From Ekhidna sp. (GTDB lineage Bacteria; Bacteroidota; Bacteroidia; Cytophagales; Cyclobacteriaceae): a stretch of DNA of 64,000 nucleotides. Location: assembly GCA_963691765.1 (NCBI GenBank), contig OY829375.1. One strand, given 5' to 3'. Under the pieces are notes generated by a model that was not told where the DNA came from, did no database searches, and saw only the letters and a list, made by a program, of their open reading frames with translations. Below, piece after piece: positions 1 to 10,500 of the stretch. Each line of letters opens with the position of its first letter. The stretch's first letter is position 1. The translations under genes and the position numbers were made by a program.

Positions 1-510
1 AATTTCAGCAATTGCGATTGGCCCTGGAGTCGGTGGGATGAATGCGTGTGTTATGGCAAGCCCAGCCAATAGTGGAATTGCATACAACAGTATGGATTTT
101 TTTGTTCGCCTTTGAAGTGCATAGACAAGCGGTATTAAAATGATAAAAGCTACATCGAAGAACACAGGAATAGCGACAAAAAAACCTGCTACCACCATGG
201 CCCAGCTGGCATTCTTTTCTCCAAATTTTCTGAGAAGATATTGAGCAATAGCTTGTGCGCCACCTGACTGCTCCAGAATAGCTCCAAAAATGGCTCCAAG
301 GCCTACAACGATCGCGACATAGCCCAAAGTGCCACCCATTCCAGATTGGATCGTCTTGATAAGTGCCTCAGGAGGCATACCTGCCAATAAGCCCACCAAA
401 ATGCTTGAAATAAGCATTGCAATAAAGGCCTGCAAACGCACAATCAAAATAAGGAGTAAAAGAACGCCTACTCCAACGAGCACCGATGATAATAACCAAA
501 AATCAATCAT
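1..510 (-). CDS. gntP: GntP-family gluconate:H+ permease, N-terminal 170 codons (3' end runs off the window)
   Basis: Absent from the ORF track because it is open at the window edge. The reverse complement from the ATG at 510-508 reads MIDFWLLSSVLVGVGVLLLLILIVRLQAFIAMLISSILVGLLAGMPPEALIKTIQSGMGGTLGYVAIVVGLGAIFGAILEQSGGAQAIAQYLL..., a typical GntP N-terminus. It starts 4 nt after the gnd stop. Confidence 0.8.
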   Translation of the reverse strand, partial: MIDFWLLSSVLVGVGVLLLLILIVRLQAFIAMLISSILVGLLAGMPPEALIKTIQSGMGGTLGYVAIVVGLGAIFGAILEQSGGAQAIAQYLLRKFGEKNASWAMVVAGFFVAIPVFFDVAFIILIPLVYALQRRTKKSILLYAIPLLAGLAITHAFIPPTPGPIAIAEI

Positions 511-513
511 CAC

Positions 514-1905
514 CTACCAGTTCGTATGGAAGAAAACACCGCGCTTCGAGTCCGTTCTTTCATAGGTATGAGCACCAAAAAAATCACGCTGCGCCTGCAA
601 TAGATTAGCGGGTAAGTTGCCTGCGGTAATCCCAAGCCAATATTGATATGCCGAGGAGACAACAGGAGATGGGCTTTTAGCCTCTATCACATATTTTAAA
701 TATAGAGAGACCGCCTCCTCTGCTTGCGTAAGTTGCTCTAATGTATGCTTGGAATCAAAGAGGTCTTGTTGTTCTCTGAATAATGGGATCAATCTTTCCA
801 TTAGGCTTGATCGGATGATGCATCCGTTGGTCCATACTCTAGCTATTTCTGAGAGGTCAATGTCCCAGCCGTTTTTGTTTGACAATTCATTTATCAAAGC
901 AAAGCCTTGTTGATGATTGACAATTCTGGCAAATCGATAGGTATCTTCAATTATGCTCTCTTCAATATCCTGAATATTGACATCTCGCTTGACTTGTCTT
1001 GAAATTGCAACCCTGCGATCCTTCTGAGCTGATATATACCTAGCAAAAACTGCATCGGTCATCATGGTTGTGGCCATGCCATTCCCAAGTGATATCTGAC
1101 TCGACCATGACCCGGTTCCTTTATTTGCAGCTCGATCTAATATTAGATCTAACAGGTATTGATCTCCTTCCTTTTTTCTAAGGATCTGGACAGTAATACC
1201 AAGCAAGTAACTGGATAAATCAGATTTATTCCAGCTTTCAAAAATGTCTGATATTTCCTCGTTGGACTTGGTGTGTCTCATCACCTCATAACATTCAGCT
1301 ATGAGTTGCATCTCAGCATATTCTATCCCATTATGTATTGTCTTCACAAAGTTTCCAGCACCTCCCGGTCCTACAAAGCTGCAACACGGTTTTTCAGAAG
1401 CATCCTTGGCGGCGATACTCTCAAGTACTGGAGACACATTTTGATAGGCCTTTTTGGATCCTCCAGGCATGATAGAAGGTCCTTTCAAAGCACCTTCCTC
1501 ACCCCCGGATATGCCACAACCTAAGTATTGAATCCCATGCTCTTCAACTTTTGCAATACGCTTTTCGGTATCTAAATAATGTGAGTTTCCACCATCAATG
1601 ATGATATCATCCTTATCAAGGTAAGTGATCAACCCATCTATAACACTATCTACCGCAGGCCCCGCGCTTACCATGAGCAAGATCTTTCTTGGCGATTCTA
1701 GTGAATGGACAAAATCTTTTAATTCAGAGAATCCTATAACCAAATCCTGATGTTCATTCTCCTTCATAAAATCAGTCAGTAAATGAGCTTCTTGATCAGT
1801 ATTACGATTATATACAGAGAGGGAAAAGTTGTTTCGAAGGATATTCAATGCCAGGCTCTTCCCCATCACTCCCAGGCCGATTAATCCAAATGATGATTTA
1901 CTCAT
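514..1905 (-). CDS. gnd: 6-phosphogluconate dehydrogenase (decarboxylating)
   Basis: 463-aa ORF with an N-terminal Rossmann motif (GLIGLGVMGKSLALN) and Gnd-like core blocks (IHNGIEYAEMQLIAE). It overlaps the gntK stop by 8 nt. Confidence 0.93.
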   Translation of the reverse strand: MSKSSFGLIGLGVMGKSLALNILRNNFSLSVYNRNTDQEAHLLTDFMKENEHQDLVIGFSELKDFVHSLESPRKILLMVSAGPAVDSVIDGLITYLDKDDIIIDGGNSHYLDTEKRIAKVEEHGIQYLGCGISGGEEGALKGPSIMPGGSKKAYQNVSPVLESIAAKDASEKPCCSFVGPGGAGNFVKTIHNGIEYAEMQLIAECYEVMRHTKSNEEISDIFESWNKSDLSSYLLGITVQILRKKEGDQYLLDLILDRAANKGTGSWSSQISLGNGMATTMMTDAVFARYISAQKDRRVAISRQVKRDVNIQDIEESIIEDTYRFARIVNHQQGFALINELSNKNGWDIDLSEIARVWTNGCIIRSSLMERLIPLFREQQDLFDSKHTLEQLTQAEEAVSLYLKYVIEAKSPSPVVSSAYQYWLGITAGNLPANLLQAQRDFFGAHTYERTDSKRGVFFHTNW

Positions 1906-2383
1906 TTAGTAATTGTCTTAAGATGTTATTAATAATCGCATTGGGATCCTTTAAAATGTCCACTTTGATAGCATTTGCAGGCTCTTCTAAGATACTCAAT
2001 TGTGACTCAAGCATATTCGCCCCCATAAAATGATCATTGCGATTGAGCATCCTTTTTCTCAAGGTACGCTCAGATCCATGAAGGAAAATCCAGTTTATTT
2101 TTTCAACCGATGTCCCTAGTAAATCCCTATAAGATTGTTTTAATGCTGAACAGGTAAATACTGCTCCATACTTGTGCTCACTATCTTGTAAAAGGCCATT
2201 GATTCTCTTTAACCATGGCCTCCTGTCAAAATCATTCAATGGAATGCCTTTAGACATCTTCTCGATGTTCTTATCGGGATGATAATCATCCCCTTCATAG
2301 AAGGGCAGATTCAGTCTCTCCGCAATTCCTCTACCGATGGTGGATTTCCCACTGCCACTTACTCCCATGACAACTACTAGCAT
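1898..2383 (-). CDS. gntK: gluconokinase (P-loop, GntK/IdnK type)
   Basis: 161-aa ORF with Walker A GVSGSGKST and the size and motif order of gluconokinases. It is the first gene of the gntK-gnd-gntP operon. Confidence 0.88.
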   Translation of the reverse strand: MLVVVMGVSGSGKSTIGRGIAERLNLPFYEGDDYHPDKNIEKMSKGIPLNDFDRRPWLKRINGLLQDSEHKYGAVFTCSALKQSYRDLLGTSVEKINWIFLHGSERTLRKRMLNRNDHFMGANMLESQLSILEEPANAIKVDILKDPNAIINNILRQLLNE

Positions 2384-2425
2384 AATGAATTCAAGTTTGG
2401 TGTATTGAACTATTCAATTACACTC

Positions 2426-2490
2426 CAAACTTCATCAAGTAATGTGCTTCAAGACCAAGTGATTCGGTTCGTAATAGACTGGTGAATGTT
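2426..2490 (-). promoter_or_regulatory. putative promoter plus activator site of gntK-gnd-gntP: conserved 30-mer (2461-2490), 27-nt spacer, -7-like GAAGTTTG (2426-2433)
   Basis: In gene orientation the 30-mer is AACATTCACCAGTCTATTACGAACCGAATC. It is 27/30 identical to 10847-10876 upstream of susC and has exactly the same 27-nt distance to GAAGTTTG. Confidence 0.5.
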
Positions 2491-2502
2491 TCAAGCGAAT
2501 AC

Positions 2503-5500
2503 TTATTCGCTAGATTTCTGATAAATCTGCATCGGACCGTTATTATTTGCAATGACCAAAGCAGCCCTTCCATTCATTTCAATCACTGAAGAATGCTTAG
2601 CATCATGTTTGATTATCAGGCCACTTTCATTCATTGAAACAGGAGTAAATTCTCCATTGCCACTCCCCAGCATAAGCAGTCCAATACCTGCATCTGCACG
2701 AGGTGTCTCCACTTCGGAAGCGTGTAAATTTCCAATCAACAAAACATCTAGGTTTTCATCGCCATTCACATCCAATATCTGGATGTCATTTACTGGTGAT
2801 ATTTGAGCGATCTCAGGTAAGTCCAACGCTGTAAAACTTCCATCACCATTGTTTTGCAAATATTTACTAGCAAAAGTATTGGCGCTATAATGCAGTGAAC
2901 TAGAAAGGGCGTCTGTTCCAAAAATGTCTTGCACTGTTGCAGTTGAGAATGAATTGTAATCTTTAAATGCTGATTTAAGAGCTGGAATTTGTTGAGAAGA
3001 ACATTGTCTACCTCGCACTGGGAACTGAGCTCCAAAATTGTAATAGCTTAAGACTATATCATCCTTTCCATTTAGATCGAAGTCTTTTACAAAAACATCA
3101 AATGGTTCTTCCAGCGATGCTTTGTATTTATAGTTTTTTCCAAGATTCCCAAGTATTAAATCTTGATCCCCATCATTATCTATATCACCGCTTTCTAGAC
3201 TGAACCACCAACCTTTACTATCAGCTACTAATGTTTGAGGTGGCAGTAAACGCTCCCCTGTATTTTCAAACCACAACACATCCATCCACTCGCCAGCAAC
3301 GATCAGATCTTCAACTTTGTCATTATTAACGTCCATCCACAACGCATCAGTAACCATACCGGCTTTTGAGATTGTAGGAGCCAGCTCTTGCGTTTGATCT
3401 TCAAAAGTCAAAGTGCCTGTTTCCAATTTATTTACAAGTAAATGACTCGTACCAGGAAAAGGATAGTGCCTTGGCGACAACCGTCCTCCAACAAAGAGAT
3501 CTAGATCACCATCATTGTCAAAATCAAATGGTCGTATGCAACCTCCACTGGAGTAAAATTTAGGTAAGCTGGCAGACTCAATCAACTGACCATCCTCATT
3601 GAGAAATAGCTGATCTTGATAATTTCCTGAAAGACTGTCGTATTCATTCCCTCCATTCACCACATATAAATCGAGGTCTCCATCATTGTCAGCATCGAAA
3701 AACGTAGCGTCAATATTTTCATAATTTTCTCCCTCGAAGGTCTGAGCAGTAATGAAGGTGCCTATTGAAGTCTGGAGGTAGGTTTTCGGATTTTGGCCGA
3801 TAGCTGCGCCAATAAAAATATCATCCAACCCATCTCCATTGATATCTCCAGTAGCTAAAGCTGGACCGAGGTTGGACATTTTATGAGGCATTAGCACTTG
3901 AAATGCATAGTCATTGAAGTTGTTTTCTTTATGTATAAATAAAGAATCGACCGATTCATTTCTCGCTACGAATTGCGTTTGATTTTGAGAACTAGGTTGC
4001 TCAGAGTCCGAGCTTTCTTCTTGTGCTATCGAAATGGTTTGATTGCCTTGTACTCCAGCAATGGTAGAAACACCTCCATCGGGCCAGTTTACAACGATCG
4101 AATCCACACTATTTATTGATCCTAATCCGAAATGACTTATTGGTTCAACCGAAGACTGGAATCCACGACTTAGCATAACATGATTGGTTTGCTGAGAACC
4201 ATTTGCATAAATGGTAATCTTGCTTCCAATTCCATAGCTATTTGAACTTTTGCCTTTAAGTCTAACTCTAAGGAAATTCGACTTCCCTTGATCGTTCAAT
4301 GTGTTTTTATAAATCCAGCTGACTGAATCGATGTTATTTACTACCAAATCCAGATCTCCATCATTATCTAAATCACCATATGCACTCCCATTAGAAAATC
4401 CTTTTTGATCAAGATTCCAACTTTCAGTTTCGTTCGTAAATCCTATTTTCTTGTTGTTCAAATAGAAATAGTTTGCTACCGGTTCAGAAGGAATATTGAG
4501 GGCAGCTTCTAACAATTCTTGAGGAGTCATTTTACCCCTTTGACTTTCTATAGCATTAAAGTAATCCTTATTGTTGATCTCACGTCTTGTGCCATTGGTA
4601 ATGAATAAATCTTTCCAGCCATCATTATTAAAATCTGCAAATAACGGAGCCCAACTCCAATCAGTAGAAGTGACATTAGCCAAAGCTGCAATATTGCTTA
4701 GCACAGGCAGATTATTGTCAACCCCCCTATTTAGCTGGAGCGTATTGTACATGTACTGATAATGAAATCCATTATTGACGGTACTCCAGAAAAGAGAAAC
4801 ATCCATACTTGCCATATTAGCCTTAGATCTTCGATTGTCTTCGGCAGACATATCTACTTGGAAAAAATCCGTTAATCCATCATTGTTAATATCAGCAGCA
4901 TCGGCACCCATGCTGTAAAATGAGGTCTGCTTTGTGGTGGATTTTAATTGGTCTGTGAATGTGCCATCCCCGTTATTGATGAAGAAGTAATCCGGCGTAC
5001 TGAAGTCATTCGAGACGTAGATATCTTGCCAACCATCGTTGTTAAAATCAGCAACTGTCGCACTTATTGAAAGGCCAAAAGACAGAAGGCCTGCCTCTCT
5101 CGTGGCGTCCACATACTTCCCATTTCCATCGTTACGATATAGACGATCACTCTTTTCTTCAGTGACCGTATTCATGAGATACTTGTACTTAAAGTTTGGT
5201 GTCTTGAAACTGGTGATCGGGTAATTTGCTACATATAAATCCAAATCCCCATCATTATCATAATCAAAGAAAGTGGACTGAATGGAATTTCCATTGTCAG
5301 CGATCCCATATTCGGCAGCTTGTTCTGAGAATTGAAGCTCGCCTTCATTAATGTAGAGTAAATTTTTACGATTTTCTTGAGGACCTGAAACACTGACATA
5401 AATATCTTGTAAACCATCCTCGTTGATATCAACAACAGTAACTCCTGTATGCCATTTTTTATCGTACGACAGCCCCACACTTTCGGTGATATCCTCAAAT

Positions 5501-5796
5501 TTTAAATCTCCTTTGTTGAGGTAAATCTGATCGGAAACCATATTTCCTGTGAAGTATACATCAAGTAGTTCATCATTGTTCAGATCTACAAGAGCAACTC
5601 CACCTCCCATATATATGTATGGATATGTGAAGTAATTGAATGTGTCTGTTTCGGTCAGTTCATTAACAAAATGAATTCCTGAAGCTTCTGGGCTCACCTT
5701 AGAAAAACCTGCTTGACCATCGACTCTTTCCTCTGACTCACATGAAAGGATTGATAGCAAGGCGATGCAAGAGAAATACCTCCAGTACTTTTTCAT
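2503..5796 (-). CDS. FG-GAP/VCBS-repeat lipoprotein with central ASPIC/UnbV-like domain (CRTAC1-like)
   Basis: 1097-aa ORF with lipoprotein signal LLSILSC. It has many DxNxDGxxD repeats (DLNNDELLDVYF, DINEDGLQDIYV, DYDNDGDLDLYV, DFNNDGWQDIYV) and an ASPIC/UnbV-like segment (NFLRVRLKGKSSNSYGIGSKITIYANG). It is the third gene after susC-susD. Confidence 0.85.
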   Translation of the reverse strand: MKKYWRYFSCIALLSILSCESEERVDGQAGFSKVSPEASGIHFVNELTETDTFNYFTYPYIYMGGGVALVDLNNDELLDVYFTGNMVSDQIYLNKGDLKFEDITESVGLSYDKKWHTGVTVVDINEDGLQDIYVSVSGPQENRKNLLYINEGELQFSEQAAEYGIADNGNSIQSTFFDYDNDGDLDLYVANYPITSFKTPNFKYKYLMNTVTEEKSDRLYRNDGNGKYVDATREAGLLSFGLSISATVADFNNDGWQDIYVSNDFSTPDYFFINNGDGTFTDQLKSTTKQTSFYSMGADAADINNDGLTDFFQVDMSAEDNRRSKANMASMDVSLFWSTVNNGFHYQYMYNTLQLNRGVDNNLPVLSNIAALANVTSTDWSWAPLFADFNNDGWKDLFITNGTRREINNKDYFNAIESQRGKMTPQELLEAALNIPSEPVANYFYLNNKKIGFTNETESWNLDQKGFSNGSAYGDLDNDGDLDLVVNNIDSVSWIYKNTLNDQGKSNFLRVRLKGKSSNSYGIGSKITIYANGSQQTNHVMLSRGFQSSVEPISHFGLGSINSVDSIVVNWPDGGVSTIAGVQGNQTISIAQEESSDSEQPSSQNQTQFVARNESVDSLFIHKENNFNDYAFQVLMPHKMSNLGPALATGDINGDGLDDIFIGAAIGQNPKTYLQTSIGTFITAQTFEGENYENIDATFFDADNDGDLDLYVVNGGNEYDSLSGNYQDQLFLNEDGQLIESASLPKFYSSGGCIRPFDFDNDGDLDLFVGGRLSPRHYPFPGTSHLLVNKLETGTLTFEDQTQELAPTISKAGMVTDALWMDVNNDKVEDLIVAGEWMDVLWFENTGERLLPPQTLVADSKGWWFSLESGDIDNDGDQDLILGNLGKNYKYKASLEEPFDVFVKDFDLNGKDDIVLSYYNFGAQFPVRGRQCSSQQIPALKSAFKDYNSFSTATVQDIFGTDALSSSLHYSANTFASKYLQNNGDGSFTALDLPEIAQISPVNDIQILDVNGDENLDVLLIGNLHASEVETPRADAGIGLLMLGSGNGEFTPVSMNESGLIIKHDAKHSSVIEMNGRAALVIANNNGPMQIYQKSSE

Positions 5797-5812
5797 TTCG
5801 TTATCTATTTAA

Positions 5813-5848
5813 TAAAAAAGGGCAATTCCAATATAATTGAAATCGCCC
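5813..5848 (-). terminator. intrinsic terminator/attenuator hairpin between susD-like gene and FG-GAP gene
   Basis: On the minus-strand transcript GGGCGAUUUCAA-UUAUA-UUGGAAUUGCCC forms a 12-bp stem with two G.U pairs, followed by UUUUUUAUU. On the plus strand the same positions are A-C mismatches, which supports minus-strand function. Confidence 0.55.
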
Positions 5849-5868
5849 TGACCTGTTAAAAAACCTAA

Positions 5869-7551
5869 TTAGTTCCAGGCATCATTTTGCGTAAGGACTC
5901 CTCCACTTATATCTATAGCCCCGCTAGGTATAGGGAAAGTAAGGAACCTTTCAGCAAATGCTCCTGGATCGTATGCTGAGATTGTTCGTTGTTCGTTTGT
6001 TTCAAAATCTGATAAGATCTGCGTAGCATCAGTGGCACCATATCTTTTCAGATCAAAGAATCTGTGACCTTCCATTGCTAACTCCAACCGTCTTTCGTGT
6101 CTCACAGCAGCTATAGCAAATGCCTGATCAGCAAAAGCAGTATATGGCTCAACGTTGTAATTGATAGCATCACTTACTGGTGTCATATCTTTTGCTCGCT
6201 GTCTTACCTGATTTACATAGTTCAATGCAGTAGCCAGATCATTGGTCTCTGCTGCTGCCTCAGCAGCCATGAGCAATACATCTGCATAGCGAATCACATT
6301 GTAGTTTAGGCCTGAAGATTGCTGACCCCAAGGACCTGAACCCTGCGCATCTGAGAAGTCTGACTCTTTATAGGTGTTTTTCTTCGACAAGTATGGTCCA
6401 GAAGACCATGCTCCACCAGCATCTCTAATCCAGTCAGCTCCTGGGTTAAGTCCCCAGCCATTGAAATCAACTCCTCTTCTACCTACTGTATAGTCGATTC
6501 TTGGATCAAGCGGATCTGTATAAATGCTGAATGCCGCCGTGCTAAGAATCTCATTATCATTCGTGATATCACTGTCATTGTATGTATCTAAAAGCGGAAG
6601 ACCATCAGCTCCAGTTTTAAATGCATTCGCTAAATCTTGAGTTGGTTGGAAAAAACCACAGCAAGATCCATATGGACCTCCGGCAGGGTGATTAAGTGTA
6701 GAACCAAGGTTTCCGTTTTCTGTGCCGCTTGCTCCATCTTGAGCTGTGAACTGAATCGCAAAAACAGATTCCGATCCATTTTCTGTTGTAGACTTGAAGT
6801 TGTCTTCAAATTCAGTCTCCAATGAATAAGCACCACTTGTGATTACCTCATTCAGTACAGTAAGCGCATTACTGTATTTTCCTTGCTGTAATAATACCTT
6901 TCCTAAGTATGCTCTCGCTGACATTCCATTGGCTCGAATTGAAGCTGCTGCAGGAAGGTTATCGATAGCAAATTGGAAATCCGCCTCAATTTCAGCCCAG
7001 ATATCTCCTGTGTTAGCGATGTTAGCTGTTGTATCATCCTCCGAGATATATGGCACTTTATCCCAGCTTCTCTGCAATTCAAAATTGAAGTGTCCTCTGA
7101 GAAATCGTGCTTCTGCTACTAGGTCATCAACTCCTTCTACTCCTTCAGAATTGGCGATTACATTATTAGCGGTAACTACCCCACCAATAAGCGTTTGCCA
7201 TTTAGTTAGGAAATAAGGATTCGATGCATTGTAAGTATAGTTTCTGAGTTGCTCCAAGTCCGGCTGATCAGAAACATCACTTCCTTTGTGTGCATCATCC
7301 GTAATTACATCAAACCACCAGTTGTCAGGAGTACCTAACCACGGATCTCCTACATTATTACCATAAAGGTTCGCGTATGCATTTATTACAAAGAGCTCAA
7401 TTGCTTCTCTTGTAAAGTTGCCTTCAGCATCCTTTAAATTTTCTTCAGACAGTACCCCCTCAGCAGGAGGTGTTTCTGTGAACGCATCGTCACATGCCGA
7501 GTACAAAAAGGCTGTTAAAAGCAATGTTATTGACAATATTCTATTTTTCAT
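5869..7551 (-). CDS. susD: SusD/RagB-family nutrient-binding outer-membrane lipoprotein
   Basis: 560-aa ORF with lipoprotein signal LTAFLYSAC, 31 nt downstream of the SusC-like gene. It carries the SusD-type C-terminal block VRHERRLELAMEGHRFFDLKRYG. Confidence 0.9.
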   Translation of the reverse strand: MKNRILSITLLLTAFLYSACDDAFTETPPAEGVLSEENLKDAEGNFTREAIELFVINAYANLYGNNVGDPWLGTPDNWWFDVITDDAHKGSDVSDQPDLEQLRNYTYNASNPYFLTKWQTLIGGVVTANNVIANSEGVEGVDDLVAEARFLRGHFNFELQRSWDKVPYISEDDTTANIANTGDIWAEIEADFQFAIDNLPAAASIRANGMSARAYLGKVLLQQGKYSNALTVLNEVITSGAYSLETEFEDNFKSTTENGSESVFAIQFTAQDGASGTENGNLGSTLNHPAGGPYGSCCGFFQPTQDLANAFKTGADGLPLLDTYNDSDITNDNEILSTAAFSIYTDPLDPRIDYTVGRRGVDFNGWGLNPGADWIRDAGGAWSSGPYLSKKNTYKESDFSDAQGSGPWGQQSSGLNYNVIRYADVLLMAAEAAAETNDLATALNYVNQVRQRAKDMTPVSDAINYNVEPYTAFADQAFAIAAVRHERRLELAMEGHRFFDLKRYGATDATQILSDFETNEQRTISAYDPGAFAERFLTFPIPSGAIDISGGVLTQNDAWN

Positions 7552-7582
7552 TTTCTTGAATTTTAAATTCCTAATTCAACTT

Positions 7583-10500
7583 TTAAAAACCGGCTTTAAC
7601 TCCAATGGTGTAAACCTGAGTAAGAGGAAATCTTCCAAAATCAACACCCATACTTAAGTTCGGTTGTGCAGATGCATTTCTGTTTGTGATTTCAGGATCA
7701 AAGCCATTGTAATCAGTAATTGTGAAGAGGTTGGTGCCTTGAATGTAGACACGTAGACTTTCAAGACCTTTTACTGAAGAAAGCACACTTTGAGGAAGGT
7801 TATATCCTATCTGAAGGTTTTTCAACCTAACATAAGATCCATCCTCAACAAAATAACTGTTTGGATTAGTCTCACCATTGTCCGCTCCATTGCCATCTAA
7901 TGAAGGCAAGCTAGCACCTGGATTATTTGGTGTCCATGAATCTAAGATTCGAGTACTTCTATTACCATCAAACTGAGGAAAATCAGTGAAGAACTTTGTT
8001 TGATTATAAATTTCATTGCCCTGGCTGCCTGTTACAAATAGGGAAATATCAAAGTTTTTGTATTCCACGTAAGCGTTTAATCCAAAAACAAAATCAGGAT
8101 GTGGGCTGCCTAAGTTAGTTCTATCATCTGCATCGATATCTCCGTCTCCGTCCACATCTCTATATCTGAATCTACCTACACCGTCAGCATTGGTAGCAAA
8201 TCCTTGATCTGGACTATTAGCCACTTCAGTTTCATTCTGGAAAATTCCAATTACATCTAAGCCGTAGAAGTATGATATAGGGTTACCCACATCAGTTCTA
8301 GTAAATGATGACCCTCTATAAACATCTCCAGGGAATGATTCAGCACTTTCATCATTAAAAGCAACCAATTCATTTTTGTAAGCAGATACATTTGCTGTGA
8401 TATCATATTTCACAGCACCACCTTTTGAGTAGTTTCCGTAAGATATGCTCAAGTCAAACCCTCTGTTTTCCATCTCTCCGATATTTACAACTGGTGCGGT
8501 AGTAACTGCAGGAAGACCTGCAACTAGCGGAGCGAAAATCATATCTTCCGTATTGATTTTATAGATGTCTAATGACACATTCAAATCATTCTGAAGCATT
8601 CCAAAATCAACACCGAAGTTGATTTGTCTGGAAGTCTCCCATGTAAGATCAGGATTACCTATCTGCGTTTGAACGATACCGACTGCTTCGCCAGATCCAC
8701 TTCCATCTATGTCATATGCCGATTGTTCAGAAGCAAATCCAAATAGATCGACTGTCGGGTTAGATCTAGAAATCGACTGGTTTCCAGTTTCTCCAAAAGA
8801 GAATCGAAGCTTCAAGTTAGAAATCGTAGAATTTCCTTCGAGGAACGACTCTTTATGCACGGCCCAAGCTACACTCGCTGAAGGGAATACACCCGTATTG
8901 TTAGCATCAGTGAATCTTGAAGTTTGATCTCTTCTAACAGAGAATGATGCAAAATACTTTCTGTCGTAGTTATAGTTAAGGCTACCGAAAACTGAAGCAA
9001 GCGATGTGCTGATTTCTTCGTTTGGTCTACCGTTGGTAGGATCTCCAATTGGTACACTTATTTCTTGTGCTGCTTGAATTTGAACGAAGTTCTCAGTTTC
9101 TAAGAAGAACTCTCGACCAATCACTTGTCTTTTTGTGATTTGATCCTTAACTGATTCTACACCTATCAATGCTTTGAAGTTGTGGTTATCAAAACTCTTA
9201 GTGTAAGTAGCAGTATTTGACCAAACCCAAGAAAACTGCTCGTATGTATCTTCGGTCAACTGAGTCGTTGTAATAGGCTCCGAGTGCTCTGGGTTCTGCG
9301 GAGTGACAGTTCGTCTTCTATCAACTCGATTGTTGATACCTAGTGTAGTCTTAAATGTAAGATCCTCAATCGGATCAAATTCAAGGTACGCATCTCCAAA
9401 TGTTCTAAAGCTTTGTAGATTATTACCCAATGCATTTGCTCTTTCTAAGGCTGCAACTGGGTTCGCTGCATTTCCTAAACCAGCAACAGCATTACCTGCA
9501 AAATTTCCACCTTGATCCCTCACAGGTATAAATGGGTGAATTCTTGACGCAAGTGAGATTGGATTATCATCACTAGCTTCTCTAGGAATGTCCTGTTGGT
9601 TGCTCGTAGAAATATTTAAATGCTGACCAATTCTTAAATTGTCTAGTATATTGAATTCACTGTTGATTCTTCCACTGAACCTGTCATACCCGGTATTTAA
9701 TACTACACCTTCTTTATCTAGGTATCCAACAGACATCATGTATCTACCTCTGTCTGTTCCACCCTGAGCTGACAGGTAATAGTTTTGGAATGACGCTGGG
9801 TCAAATATTTCATCTACCCAATCAGTACCTCCTGAGCTTGTCGGAGTGATTCTGTTGGTGTCAAAGTTGTATGGCTGATTTTCATTAGGTGATCCTAAAT
9901 ATTGAGGGATTGTCCCATCACCAAAAGCATCTGCCCACTGCTGAGCGCTTAATAGATCTGGGAAGTTCGTTGGATTCTGCACCCCTGCAAAAGCTTCAAA
10001 GCTAAGTTTAGGTTTGCCAGAAACCTGACCTCTCTTGGTTGTAACAATTACAATACCATTTGAAGCTCTCACCCCATAGATCGCAGTTGATGCAGCATCT
10101 TTCAATACCTGGATACTTTCTACATCTGCCGGATTGATGTCATTCATGATTGTAGGATCAGTCGTTTGCATACCATCAATGATGTATAGTGGATCGTTGC
10201 CGTTAGGCGACGCAAATCCTCTAATTCTTACCTCCGGTGCTTCACCAGGCTGTCCCTGTGTAATGACGCTCACTCCTGGCGCTCTACCTTGAAGTGCTTC
10301 AGAAACGTTTGCTACTGGAAGCTTTAAAGCTTCAGCTACAGGTACCACCGCGATAGAACCCGTAAACTCTTCTCTTGACTGACTTCCATATCCAAGTACT
10401 ACTACTTCTTGTAAAGACTGTAAGTCGGTCTGTAGGTTAACAGCAATCGATGTCTGATTATTGATTGGTATTTCCTGGGTTTGGAATCCAATCGACGAAA

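Noticed and set aside
329-565. 78-aa plus-strand ORF from the track
   Set aside because: It lies antisense to the clearly GntP-like reading frame (1-510) and runs into the gnd 3' end. It has low-complexity composition and no start context.
2495-2510. Palindrome GCGAATA-CT-TATTCGC at the FG-GAP gene stop as a terminator
   Set aside because: A 2-nt loop is sterically impossible, the remaining stem is about 5 bp, and no U-tract follows. It also overlaps the coding end.
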